Positions 52,971-61,488 of a DNA stretch of 64,000 bases are shown here, piece by piece. Source of the stretch: a virus. Below the pieces are notes generated by a model. It saw nothing but the letters and a program-made list of their open reading frames with translations. It was not told the origin of the DNA and did not search any database. Every line of letters begins with the position of its first letter. Position 1 is the first letter of the stretch. Made by a program: the position numbers and the translations under genes. The stretch lies in IMG/VR virus record IMGVR_UViG_3300045988_129927, one strand, 5' to 3'.

Positions 52971-53786
52971 ATGAGTATGTTATCACTTTCAATTAACAAT
53001 ATCTATAATGAAATACCTGATGAGATTATCGAAGAGGCATTTGTTATTCCTTTTCGTAAAAATAGATTTGCACCTGTTAGTGCAGATGCAATGATTATAC
53101 AGGAAGTTATCAATAAACGAGTTATGCCTGACTTGAATATTGAGTATGCTACCAAACTTAATGTCCCTATGCGTGACTGTAAAGTAGAAATGGTCACACC
53201 TACAGACTGGATTGTTACTGTTCCTGATGAAGTAACCAATAATCGAAAAATCATTACTGTTTTGGGTGTTAACCTATTAGACTTATATGCAGAAACAGGC
53301 GGTATTGGTACAGGTGGTTTAAGTATGCCTACTTCTAGTGGTGGTGCTATCTTAACAGGTGCACAAAAGATGGCAAACAATACTGCTGGTATACCTCTGA
53401 ACTACGAAGTTAAAGTAGACATGATTTCAGGTAACTCTTTTAGAATCAGACGTACCAGTTATATTACTACAAACTGTTATATTGAGTTAATTATTGAAAA
53501 TGACCCTCAGTTAAATAATATTCCTATTACTGCTGCTGACTATATTAAGAAATTAGTATTGTTAGCTACTAAGGCTTATATTTACCGTAAGTTAAAAATC
53601 AGAATTGGTCAAGCTAAACTAGACGGTGGTGCAGAACTGGGTGAATTTATGCAATTTATTGATAGCTATGCTGACGCTAATGAATTGTATTTGGAAGAAT
53701 TAAAATATGCTTCTCGTATCCAGTGGTTGGGTAATGAGGAAATGAAATATGACTTCATGCAAATGTTAGTCCCTAATAATATTTAA
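52971..53786 (+). CDS. hypothetical protein (271 aa)
   Basis: The track ORF starts at 52938. The in-frame ATG at 52971 has AAGGAG with a 6-nt spacer, so it is preferred. Confidence 0.75.
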   Translation: MSMLSLSINNIYNEIPDEIIEEAFVIPFRKNRFAPVSADAMIIQEVINKRVMPDLNIEYATKLNVPMRDCKVEMVTPTDWIVTVPDEVTNNRKIITVLGVNLLDLYAETGGIGTGGLSMPTSSGGAILTGAQKMANNTAGIPLNYEVKVDMISGNSFRIRRTSYITTNCYIELIIENDPQLNNIPITAADYIKKLVLLATKAYIYRKLKIRIGQAKLDGGAELGEFMQFIDSYADANELYLEELKYASRIQWLGNEEMKYDFMQMLVPNNI

Positions 53787-53798
53787 AAGGAATTTGAA

Positions 53799-54395
53799 AT
53801 GTCCATTCATGTATTTGGTAAAATGAAATATATCGGTGATTTGAGTTTAGAAAGCATTAACTCCGATATTGAAAAAAATAATTACGATGTACCTGTCTAC
53901 GGTGATTTTGCAACATCTGTGGCTAAGAAGCTAAATGACATGTATGCAAAAGACGGTAAAGAGGAAATGGTAGAATCATTAGGTCGTGATTTAGATGGTA
54001 GTTCTGCTGATTTTAACTATAAACTAGGTCGCAATGATGTAGTTACTGGTATTGCTGATACACCTGCTTTTGTACAAGATACGCATTTGTCTGTTGAGAG
54101 TGTCAATCCAATGGGTATCGGTATTTACAACATTATCCACGAAGTAGCTGGTTTAGCTAAAGGCGTACCACATCCTGTTATCTTTACCATGGAACACCAT
54201 TTGGTAAAAGATGAAGATATAGAATTAATTAAAGACTTGATTGTACGTGGTAATAAACATGTTATTTTGATTCTGTTTATTCATGGTAATCTTGGTGTAG
54301 ACCAAGTGAAGATTAATGCACCTGCTCTTTACGAACTTATGGAATCTACCAACCATCTAACTGTATTCTTAACTTACAAAGTAGATAAAAAATAA
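53799..54395 (+). CDS. hypothetical protein (198 aa)
   Basis: Track ORF with AAAAGGAA SD. A convergent hairpin follows. Confidence 0.8.
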   Translation: MSIHVFGKMKYIGDLSLESINSDIEKNNYDVPVYGDFATSVAKKLNDMYAKDGKEEMVESLGRDLDGSSADFNYKLGRNDVVTGIADTPAFVQDTHLSVESVNPMGIGIYNIIHEVAGLAKGVPHPVIFTMEHHLVKDEDIELIKDLIVRGNKHVILILFIHGNLGVDQVKINAPALYELMESTNHLTVFLTYKVDKK

Positions 54396-54410
54396 AAGAT
54401 TAAAAGATAG

Positions 54411-54442
54411 CTATAGTAGAGAGGATATCCTCTCTACTATAG
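54411..54442. terminator. bidirectional hairpin terminator
   Basis: 32-nt perfect palindrome CTATAGTAGAGAGGATATCCTCTCTACTATAG, between convergent 53799..54395 and 54449..55225. Confidence 0.65.
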
Positions 54443-54448
54443 TGTCTA

Positions 54449-55225
54449 TCAATTAACATACTTTTTATCTTTTCCGTTATATAGTTTATCTTTAACGTAT
54501 GTTTGCCAGTGTACAATTTCAAAATCAATGAATGTTTGATTATACAGTTTATATCCTGGATTATCTATACATTCTTCATCTGAAACTTCAGGTACGTTAA
54601 GATAGTTGTCTATAACTATATTGTGTTCTTCATTTTCTTCACATATCCATTGAACAGGTTCTTGTGGTAACATGTAGAAATACGTATTAGATGCTGTTGC
54701 TAACAATGATTTATCGTAAGCCAATGGTAAAGTAAGGAATACAAAGCCATATCTTGTATTACGTTCCTCGTCTTTAACAACGATTACACGTCTACAAAAG
54801 TCTAAGACTTTTAATTCCTTACCATTACTGTACTCTTCAGATAGGTGATAGAAATTGGATTTAACAGAATGCATCCATCTAGCATACGTTATATTGACGT
54901 GTTCTGTTTTCCAATTAATGGTTTCACCACCTGATAATTTGTTTAACAATGTATCTATTGTTTGTTTTTCAAATGAAAACAACGTGCGTGAATAAGCTAT
55001 AGACATCATTCCTAATGGGAAGTAATACTTAGTAATATTAAGCTTACCTTCATTTTCGTAGTCTATCACTCGAACATCTTTTCCTCTTTTGGTAAAAGCT
55101 TCAAGTGATTCGACCATTACGTTTTCAATATCGATAAGATGTCTATCTAGTTTGATGACTTCTTCTACTTCTTGGTTTTCACTAGATGTAAAAGTATATT
55201 TCTCCGTTTTATTCATCATAAGCAC
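54449..55225 (-). CDS. hypothetical protein (about 255-258 aa)
   Basis: Track ORF. The track start is a GTG inside TAAGGTG. The in-frame ATGs at 55219 and 55216 are equally plausible starts. Confidence 0.75.
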   Translation of the reverse strand: MLMMNKTEKYTFTSSENQEVEEVIKLDRHLIDIENVMVESLEAFTKRGKDVRVIDYENEGKLNITKYYFPLGMMSIAYSRTLFSFEKQTIDTLLNKLSGGETINWKTEHVNITYARWMHSVKSNFYHLSEEYSNGKELKVLDFCRRVIVVKDEERNTRYGFVFLTLPLAYDKSLLATASNTYFYMLPQEPVQWICEENEEHNIVIDNYLNVPEVSDEECIDNPGYKLYNQTFIDFEIVHWQTYVKDKLYNGKDKKYVN

Positions 55226-55226
55226 C

Positions 55227-55934
55227 TTATAGGATGTATTCTGAAATTGAAGAAATCGATACCTTATTTAACAATCGTTTCATTTTATTACCTAAGCGTT
55301 TACCACATTTGCTGGTAATAAACTCAATTGATTCTTTGGTAAGATAACAATTACTAAAACAATGATTGATTGCTTCTTTAAATGCTAGGTTTACCTCACG
55401 TTGTCCCAATGGTGAATCCAAGCCCTCAGCTACGCAGTAAACACTGATAGAGGAAATAATAATCAAGAGATTTTCTTCATCTTCATTCAGTGGTTTCTTA
55501 CGTGCGTTAAGATTATTAATCTCACGGTCAAGGGTTTCATTCAAAAGACCTTGGAAGATATCCAGAATCTTAGAGTCTTGCCAAGAAGAGGAACTGGATT
55601 CTTCTTTCAAGAAAATACGGATAATAAACAAAGTAGAAACTACCCAGTCTTTGGTAGTTACTTTGATTTTATCATCGCTAATTAATTCTGAGTAATCTGT
55701 ATCTAACAAAAAAGTAGGAAGATATTCCTTATTTTTGTATTCTTCTACAAATTTACTGAATCGATTGGACAACTCGTCTAATCGGTTATGGTATAATACG
55801 TAAAATGATGTATTCATCACTTTAATAATATCGGTGATGACACTATTTTCAATGTAAATATCTCGATAAAGTGTATCACTGGTTTTAGCAATGTACTCTT
55901 TAAACAAAGACATTAACTCTTGCTGCTTATTCAT
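55227..55934 (-). CDS. hypothetical protein (235 aa)
   Basis: Track ORF with AAAAGGAAAC SD. Confidence 0.8.
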   Translation of the reverse strand: MNKQQELMSLFKEYIAKTSDTLYRDIYIENSVITDIIKVMNTSFYVLYHNRLDELSNRFSKFVEEYKNKEYLPTFLLDTDYSELISDDKIKVTTKDWVVSTLFIIRIFLKEESSSSSWQDSKILDIFQGLLNETLDREINNLNARKKPLNEDEENLLIIISSISVYCVAEGLDSPLGQREVNLAFKEAINHCFSNCYLTKESIEFITSKCGKRLGNKMKRLLNKVSISSISEYIL

Positions 55935-55952
55935 GTTAGTTTCCTTTTATAA

Positions 55953-55978
55953 AAAAGAGAGGATCGCTCCTCTCTTTT
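55953..55978 (-). terminator. hairpin terminator
   Basis: 11-bp stem AAAAGAGAGGA/TCCTCTCTTTT with loop TCGC, 3 nt past the stop of 55981..56799. Confidence 0.6.
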
Positions 55979-55980
55979 AA

Positions 55981-56799
55981 TTAAGACTTAGATTCTTCCA
56001 ACTCTTCAATAGCTTTAAGAAGAGAAGTAAGTTTATCTTTAATCTTTTCTAAGTTAGTTACTTTAGCTTCAGCTTTAGTCAGTTTAACAGATTGAGTATC
56101 AAACTGGTTTTTGGTTTGAGTGAGAAGGAAATTTAATTTAACATTTTCTTCTTGCAACTCATTCACTTTGTCATTGACATCGGTTTTTGATTTGTAAATT
56201 GGATTTACAATTTCAGCTTCTGGGAGTACAGAACTGATGTTAACACCAATTACGCTACAAACAGCGTATGCGATATCAAGTACAACAACTGCATCGTTAC
56301 CACCTTCTGCTTTCTTGTTCATTTTTAATACATTGAACAAGTAGTGTGGAAGAACACCCATTTCACGTGCAACTTTAGCGATTGTATAACCTTTATCGTA
56401 AATCAAATTACGCAGGTTAATGCGAAGCTCATTGTTGTATTTACGGAACTTAGAAGTATCCGTTTTGAATGAACGTGGTTTACGTTGCTTTTTAGGTTTA
56501 GCTTCTACTGGTTTTGCTTTCACTTCTGTTTTAACAGGTGCTTTTACAGGAGTTTTAGCTACTGCTTTACTAACTGTTTTAGCAGTAGCCTTAACAGTAG
56601 GAGTACTTGCAGGTTTTGTAGCTGGTTTTACTGCTTTTGGTTTAGCAGTACGTGGTGTACGTGTAGTTTTAGCTGGAGTTTTAACAGCAGGCTTAGTAGT
56701 TACTTTAGCTGTTGTTTTAGGGGTAGTTTTAGGTTTAGCTACAGGTTCTTTTTTGCCTTTAGTTACTGCAGCTACAGTAGATTTAGTGAGTTTAGCCAT
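55981..56799 (-). CDS. DNA-binding protein candidate: histone-H1-like K/P/T/A-rich N-terminal half, HTH-like segment, C-terminal coiled-coil
   Basis: The ATG at 56799 (MAKLTKST...) has TATATAAAGGAAAC upstream, while the track start at 56832 lacks an SD. About 110 aa consist of KP.xK/TPK repeats. YTIAKVAREMGVLPHYLFNVLK is HTH-like. The last ~70 aa show heptad periodicity. Confidence 0.75.
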   Translation of the reverse strand: MAKLTKSTVAAVTKGKKEPVAKPKTTPKTTAKVTTKPAVKTPAKTTRTPRTAKPKAVKPATKPASTPTVKATAKTVSKAVAKTPVKAPVKTEVKAKPVEAKPKKQRKPRSFKTDTSKFRKYNNELRINLRNLIYDKGYTIAKVAREMGVLPHYLFNVLKMNKKAEGGNDAVVVLDIAYAVCSVIGVNISSVLPEAEIVNPIYKSKTDVNDKVNELQEENVKLNFLLTQTKNQFDTQSVKLTKAEAKVTNLEKIKDKLTSLLKAIEELEESKS

Positions 56800-56846
56800 T
56801 TTAAAGTTTCCTTTATATAAGAATGCAAACATTTTAATTAAAAAAT

Positions 56847-56878
56847 ATTCTAGGTAGGGTTTGCTTCCTACCTAGAAT
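56847..56878 (-). terminator. hairpin terminator
   Basis: 12-bp stem ATTCTAGGTAGG/CCTACCTAGAAT with an 8-nt loop, downstream of 56899..57396. Confidence 0.6.
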
Positions 56879-56898
56879 ACAAGACAGATAAGTAATGA

Positions 56899-57396
56899 TT
56901 ACTTACCCAGTTTCTCTTCACCTTGGGCATACAGATGATCGCGAACTGCTGCCAGGTTAGCAGAAGAACGAGCTTTTACAGAACCTACTTCCAGCTTGGT
57001 ATCAAGACGACCATGTTTGGTAACAGGTTCAGCTTTCTCACCATTACGTGGAATAGGTGTGATTTCATAATCACGTGACACAGTGTGTTTCACTTTCACT
57101 TGCTTGGTCACACCGAATTCAGCAGTCAGGGCATCCAGAGATTTATCTTTCTTCATCTCTTTGATACCAGCTTCACCGGTAGCCAAGCCAGTACCTGCAG
57201 TAAACAGGCTCAAGGCGGTGAAGGTATTCTTGATTTGTTTTTCATCCAAACCAAGTTTTTCTTCTTCATTGATTACTGCCAGTGCACTTTCCATTGCATT
57301 GCCAGTGGTTTTCAATGTGCGAGTCTCTGCGTCGAATGAGAGGTGTTTTTCCGCTACTACGTCAGCGATTTTCTTTACAGTTTCATTAATAGCCAT
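56899..57396 (-). CDS. hypothetical protein (165 aa), strongly codon-biased, probably abundant early protein
   Basis: Track ORF with AAAAAGGAAAC SD. The early-type promoter motif lies 67 nt upstream. The antisense pseudo-ORFs are typical of biased genes. Confidence 0.8.
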   Translation of the reverse strand: MAINETVKKIADVVAEKHLSFDAETRTLKTTGNAMESALAVINEEEKLGLDEKQIKNTFTALSLFTAGTGLATGEAGIKEMKKDKSLDALTAEFGVTKQVKVKHTVSRDYEITPIPRNGEKAEPVTKHGRLDTKLEVGSVKARSSANLAAVRDHLYAQGEEKLGK

Positions 57397-57434
57397 TTTA
57401 AGGTTTCCTTTTTAAAGATTAAGTTTAAATAAAA

Positions 57435-57467
57435 TACTGAAGGAAACAGGATTAGTCCCCTTCAGTA
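57435..57467 (-). promoter_or_regulatory. leader hairpin, possibly an attenuator or terminator, between promoter motif and gene 56899..57396
   Basis: TACTGAAGG/CCTTCAGTA stem with a 15-nt loop. In the minus-strand sense it is followed by AUUUUAUUU. It lies downstream of the promoter motif. Confidence 0.4.
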
Positions 57468-57479
57468 AAATAGTATAGG
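57463..57479 (-). promoter_or_regulatory. early-type promoter motif
   Basis: CCTATACTATTTTACTG, 67 nt upstream of the ATG at 57396. It overlaps the 5' arm of hairpin 57435-57467. Confidence 0.45.
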
Positions 57480-57494
57480 TTTGAAAATATTTTA
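57469..57494 (-). repeat. 26-nt promoter-upstream block, copy 1 (identical to 59619..59644)
   Basis: AATAGTATAGGTTTGAAAATATTTTA on the plus strand. Confidence 0.85.
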
Positions 57495-57510
57495 TCTACT
57501 GCTTGATGGT

Positions 57511-59355
57511 TTAAGAAATATACTTAATAAAGTTTTTCTCACCATTTTGGTCAAAAGCGTAGTCTAAATAGTTGTGATTGTACTCCATATAGAGTTTACC
57601 ATTGACTTCTACCACATTACTAAAGCTAATCACATCTTCTACAATGCAATAGTGTAATGGGTTTTTAGTAGCATCAACAAATGCTTGCGCTTCTTCTTCT
57701 GTTTTGAATGCAATCACATAGAGTGAATCAAAACTCTGCGTAGCATTAAGGTCACGAATCACATTACTGTTATCAATACCATATTTTACAGCAGTTACTG
57801 GGTTAATAGTATAAACACAATAAAGACTAGTATCACGTTGGGTATCAGAAGGTTCAGTGTTATGTAATTCTACCGCTGGTACACTTTCCAAATAGAGGTC
57901 AGTTAAGATACTACCACCAAAACCTACGTACTCTTCGTGTAGTGAATCATGGAAGCGATACATTAAGTCTTCTCTGATGTCAGTTAACTTAGTACCTGGT
58001 TTCAATACTGGCAACATACGAATCAAATCAATGATTTTATCACTGTTTTGTTCTACCAGATTTTCAATCAGACAATGACAATGGATTGGTTCAAGAATAC
58101 CTGATACCATATCGTGTGTCATGCTGATATGTGGGACGAATTCTTTAACATATGGTTGGATAATATAGAATACATTACCACCACCTACTGGGTTAAGAAT
58201 TTCAGATTTAACCAAACCTTTTTCTTTTGGAAGCATTTTATAGACATGCTCTGTAACTCTACTAAATGCATCTGCAAAGTTACCTGGATTCATCTTGACA
58301 ATATCATTACCTTCTGTATCAGTTACTTCAACGACAAATACATCGTAGTCGGTATGGGTGTCATGTTTGACAGTGGATTTAAGAGATAGTTTCTTAGCGA
58401 CTTTGGCAGTCACATTACCTTCTGTAAATAAAACATCTTCTAAATCTTCACCTTCTAGATTTTCCATACCTACAGTGATGTAATTATCACCATTTGGGAA
58501 ATGACGCAAACTATCTGCTTCAACAGAGAAGATTTTAATTTCGTCGTTATACCAATAATTAGATTCCAATGTATCGATGTCTACTGGTACAATTGCCCAA
58601 TCTGGTTGAATCACTTCACCAGAAGCATTAACTTTTTCCATTAATTTCTGGAGATATTTGATAATACCAAAAGCATAATTGATGTCAGTATACAAAGACA
58701 CCATACCAGTATATTCAACCAAACTGATATCTTTTGCTTTACGCGTTGGATAGAAATCATAATCGCCTTTCATGAGTACGTAATCTGTTAAATCGTATTT
58801 AATAGGTTCCCATTCAGCTTTGTCATTGGTTAAGAAAATAGCATAAGCCAATGGGTGAGCAGACTTATAATCTACTGGACGGTCATACGTTTTTTGGTCA
58901 CGGAAGAGCGCTACTGGACGCAATGTTTTCGCATCAGCCAAATAATAGCTACTACGATCTTCTGAAAGCAAAGTAGTATAACCATTATCACTTACTACTT
59001 TGAATACTTTCTTCAAAATAGCATCGATAAACACATTTGGTTGATAGAGAGCATAAAGTTCTTTATACTTGTCTTTCAACTCTGTGTCTTTAGGATTAGC
59101 AATAGCCGCATTAATGGCACTGAAGATTGTAGAAATATCTACTTTAGCCACATCTTTATTTGTTTCTGCCAAATGACGGATGTTCTCTTCGTAGGTTTTA
59201 TTAACACCAGAACTATTAACGATATCAGTAGTAATGGTTTCTACGATTTCATTAAAGAGTTTTTCATGAACTGGATTAGGAGTTACTTTGGGTTGCTTTT
59301 GTTTATTTCCGTATTGCTCGATTTGTTTCATTTTAGATGGGTTAATTTGTTTCAT
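57511..59355 (-). CDS. hypothetical protein (614 aa)
   Basis: Track ORF with AAAGGAAA SD. Confidence 0.85.
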   Translation of the reverse strand: MKQINPSKMKQIEQYGNKQKQPKVTPNPVHEKLFNEIVETITTDIVNSSGVNKTYEENIRHLAETNKDVAKVDISTIFSAINAAIANPKDTELKDKYKELYALYQPNVFIDAILKKVFKVVSDNGYTTLLSEDRSSYYLADAKTLRPVALFRDQKTYDRPVDYKSAHPLAYAIFLTNDKAEWEPIKYDLTDYVLMKGDYDFYPTRKAKDISLVEYTGMVSLYTDINYAFGIIKYLQKLMEKVNASGEVIQPDWAIVPVDIDTLESNYWYNDEIKIFSVEADSLRHFPNGDNYITVGMENLEGEDLEDVLFTEGNVTAKVAKKLSLKSTVKHDTHTDYDVFVVEVTDTEGNDIVKMNPGNFADAFSRVTEHVYKMLPKEKGLVKSEILNPVGGGNVFYIIQPYVKEFVPHISMTHDMVSGILEPIHCHCLIENLVEQNSDKIIDLIRMLPVLKPGTKLTDIREDLMYRFHDSLHEEYVGFGGSILTDLYLESVPAVELHNTEPSDTQRDTSLYCVYTINPVTAVKYGIDNSNVIRDLNATQSFDSLYVIAFKTEEEAQAFVDATKNPLHYCIVEDVISFSNVVEVNGKLYMEYNHNYLDYAFDQNGEKNFIKYIS

Positions 59356-59387
59356 TTTGATTTCCTTTATTTAAAAAATAAGATTAA

Positions 59388-59418
59388 GATTACCCTATGG
59401 TTTTTCCATAGGGTAATC
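59388..59418 (-). terminator. hairpin terminator
   Basis: 13-bp stem GATTACCCTATGG/CCATAGGGTAATC with loop TTTTT. A U-rich run follows in the minus-strand sense. It lies downstream of the small ORF 59430..59558. Confidence 0.6.
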
Positions 59419-59429
59419 AGATAGCTAAA

Positions 59430-59558
59430 TTACTTTTTGTTTTGTTCAAAGAACTTTTTGTATTTCTCGTAATTTGTTGATACTTTATAAATACCAATAC
59501 ATGCGAGAAGTGAGAAAATAAATAATGCGATAACGATTGCAAAAATCAGTTTAATCAT
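59430..59558 (-). CDS. small hydrophobic protein (42 aa), signal-peptide/lipobox-like ...LSLLAC
   Basis: Not in the track. The ATG at 59558 is preceded by TTTATAAAGGAAA. Peptide: MIKLIFAIVIALFILSLLACIGIYKVSTNYEKYKKFFEQNKK. It is the first ORF behind an early-type promoter motif, and a hairpin follows the stop. Confidence 0.5.
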   Translation of the reverse strand: MIKLIFAIVIALFIFSLLACIGIYKVSTNYEKYKKFFEQNKK

Positions 59559-59612
59559 TTTTAATTTCCTTTATAAAAAGTTAATAAATAAGGTAGAAAG
59601 ATTCGACTCTTT

Positions 59613-59629
59613 CATGTGAATAGTATAGG
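59613..59629 (-). promoter_or_regulatory. early-type promoter motif
   Basis: CCTATACTATTCACATG, 55 nt upstream of the ATG at 59558. The leader hairpin GAAAGA/TCTTTC is at 59596-59613. Confidence 0.45.
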
Positions 59630-59644
59630 TTTGAAAATATTTTA
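59619..59644 (-). repeat. 26-nt promoter-upstream block, copy 2 (identical to 57469..57494)
   Basis: AATAGTATAGGTTTGAAAATATTTTA on the plus strand. A related version, GTAGTATATGTTTGAAAAAATC, occurs at 7149-7170. Confidence 0.85.
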
Positions 59645-59704
59645 AAAAGTTATGAATGACTAATTTATTTTACTATTTAATACATTTAACATAAAGGACA
59701 GAAA

Positions 59705-60955
59705 ATGGATAAACATGTAAAAGATGTATTTAATGATTTGTGCGGGGAATTGTCCTTCGATAACAAATTAGGTGATAAAATTATTCGTTACATGAATAGT
59801 TTTATTTCCAAGAATGTAGAACATGCTTCTTTCTTTGGTGGTAATTTAACAGGTGTTTATGTGGTTAAATTTACTAATTCAGACCGAAGTGTTTGGTTTG
59901 ATGAAATTCTTAATATTAACGAAGAAGAACTCTTACCTAGACTCAATGAGATTATTAATCCAGTTTACTACGTAGTAGCGGGTGATGCATTTAATCTGAG
60001 TTGTGTCTGGTTAAGCCATATGTTCTACAAATCTTCTAAAATCAATGAAAAGCGTAAAAATGAGATAATGTCGGCTATTTATAATGTCTTACAATTTCGT
60101 TTTATCACTTCTCGTCTACAGAGACACTGGCCTTATCCTTGCTCTAAAGAAGTTGCCGAAGCAACATTAGCTGCGATGAGTAATAAATACGCCATTAAAC
60201 AAAAAGGCACTTGGATAAAAGTAGTACAAGACAGAAGTGACGATATTATTGACATGAAACACTCTATTCATCGACTAACGATTCAACGAATGGAACACGA
60301 TATTCGTAATACGGGTGAATCAGTAGGTTATTTGTTAACAGATACACAAGGTCGGAATAAGGCATTACTTAAAAACATTTACGGTTTACAAAAACAAGTC
60401 CAAGAGTCTGGGATGAGGGTGAACAGTACTTCTTCTACATTTATCGAGATGGATGGTGAAGCTGTTCTTAAGGATAAGGCAAATGCTTTGGAAACTTATC
60501 GTAATTACCTAGCTGGTGTTATACCTGATAAACCGAGTTTTATTAAACTGGATTTGATTTCTATTATTGAAAGTTCTAATAAGACAATGCCTGTTTCTAT
60601 GTTCAGAAGTACACTAAGTTGGATTAGTGATTCGTATGGTAAAGGTGATAAAGGTAAATTAGAGATTGATGAAGTGGTTAATAAAATCATGACACATCTA
60701 TTAACTTACTTAAACCAAAATAGAAATGCGATGAAAAATAAATCTGACATTAGTGGTTTAATCAGTAAAATGAAAGGTGTTTATACATCTTCTCGTAGTA
60801 CTGATGAGTTGTTATTATCCATCCGTGATGATGTGGAAGATATCGTTAAGAAAGCGACTAAGATTAAATCTGGTCCATCAATAGCAGCCACACGCACAGG
60901 GGTAATGTTATATATAGTACTGAGAGCCTTTACAATGCGTTATTATTCCAGCTAA
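59705..60955 (+). CDS. hypothetical protein (416 aa)
   Basis: Track ORF with AAAGGA SD. Confidence 0.8.
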   Translation: MDKHVKDVFNDLCGELSFDNKLGDKIIRYMNSFISKNVEHASFFGGNLTGVYVVKFTNSDRSVWFDEILNINEEELLPRLNEIINPVYYVVAGDAFNLSCVWLSHMFYKSSKINEKRKNEIMSAIYNVLQFRFITSRLQRHWPYPCSKEVAEATLAAMSNKYAIKQKGTWIKVVQDRSDDIIDMKHSIHRLTIQRMEHDIRNTGESVGYLLTDTQGRNKALLKNIYGLQKQVQESGMRVNSTSSTFIEMDGEAVLKDKANALETYRNYLAGVIPDKPSFIKLDLISIIESSNKTMPVSMFRSTLSWISDSYGKGDKGKLEIDEVVNKIMTHLLTYLNQNRNAMKNKSDISGLISKMKGVYTSSRSTDELLLSIRDDVEDIVKKATKIKSGPSIAATRTGVMLYIVLRAFTMRYYSS

Positions 60956-60979
60956 GGGAACACATTCGAAAGGCGAATT

Positions 60980-61369
60980 ATGTGTCTAATAGAAAAACTA
61001 CTCTCAAAAAGTTTTAGTATAATGGATTACTTCTCTGGTAATAAAATATACTCAGAGGTAGATGAGCCTAATTGTGAAACCAATGTAAGAATTATTAATT
61101 ACGAAGGTTTTCCTTTAGAGATTCATGTTACTAAGAAACATTTTGTATTAGAGAGAACTGGTTGGTGGTTCTTTAAAAAGAAACATCTTATTCTTTATAG
61201 AGTTGATTGTGTTAAATCTTGGGATTTACCTATTACTTCTACTGTCTTAAAACAACCTGTCTATATACCTCGTTTGTTATCAAGACTATTAGGTGAAGAA
61301 AAACAAATTAATGCGGTAATTTCAGCTTATTTAGATATTCAAATAACCAGAATCAAAAACAATAAATAA
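60980..61369 (+). CDS. hypothetical protein (129 aa)
   Basis: Track ORF with AAAGG SD. The terminator that follows contains a G.U pair only as plus-strand RNA. Confidence 0.75.
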   Translation: MCLIEKLLSKSFSIMDYFSGNKIYSEVDEPNCETNVRIINYEGFPLEIHVTKKHFVLERTGWWFFKKKHLILYRVDCVKSWDLPITSTVLKQPVYIPRLLSRLLGEEKQINAVISAYLDIQITRIKNNK

Positions 61370-61378
61370 AAAAAAAAT

Positions 61379-61416
61379 AATAATACTATCGGGGTCAACA
61401 CCTCGATAGTATTATT
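61379..61416 (+). terminator. hairpin terminator
   Basis: 16-bp stem AATAATACTATCGGGG/CCTCGATAGTATTATT with one G.U pair possible only in plus-strand RNA. It lies downstream of 60980..61369. Confidence 0.6.
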
Positions 61417-61488
61417 CCTATTTTATACGTAAATACGACGATTTGGTTATATTTTTGAAATGTGCTTTTATACTTAAAGGATAATATC

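Noticed and set aside
56420-57415. Plus-strand ORFs 56420..56857, 56485..56820, 57083..57415 and 57085..57339.
   Set aside because: They are antisense shadows of the repeat-rich H1-like gene and of the codon-biased gene 56899..57396. None has an SD.
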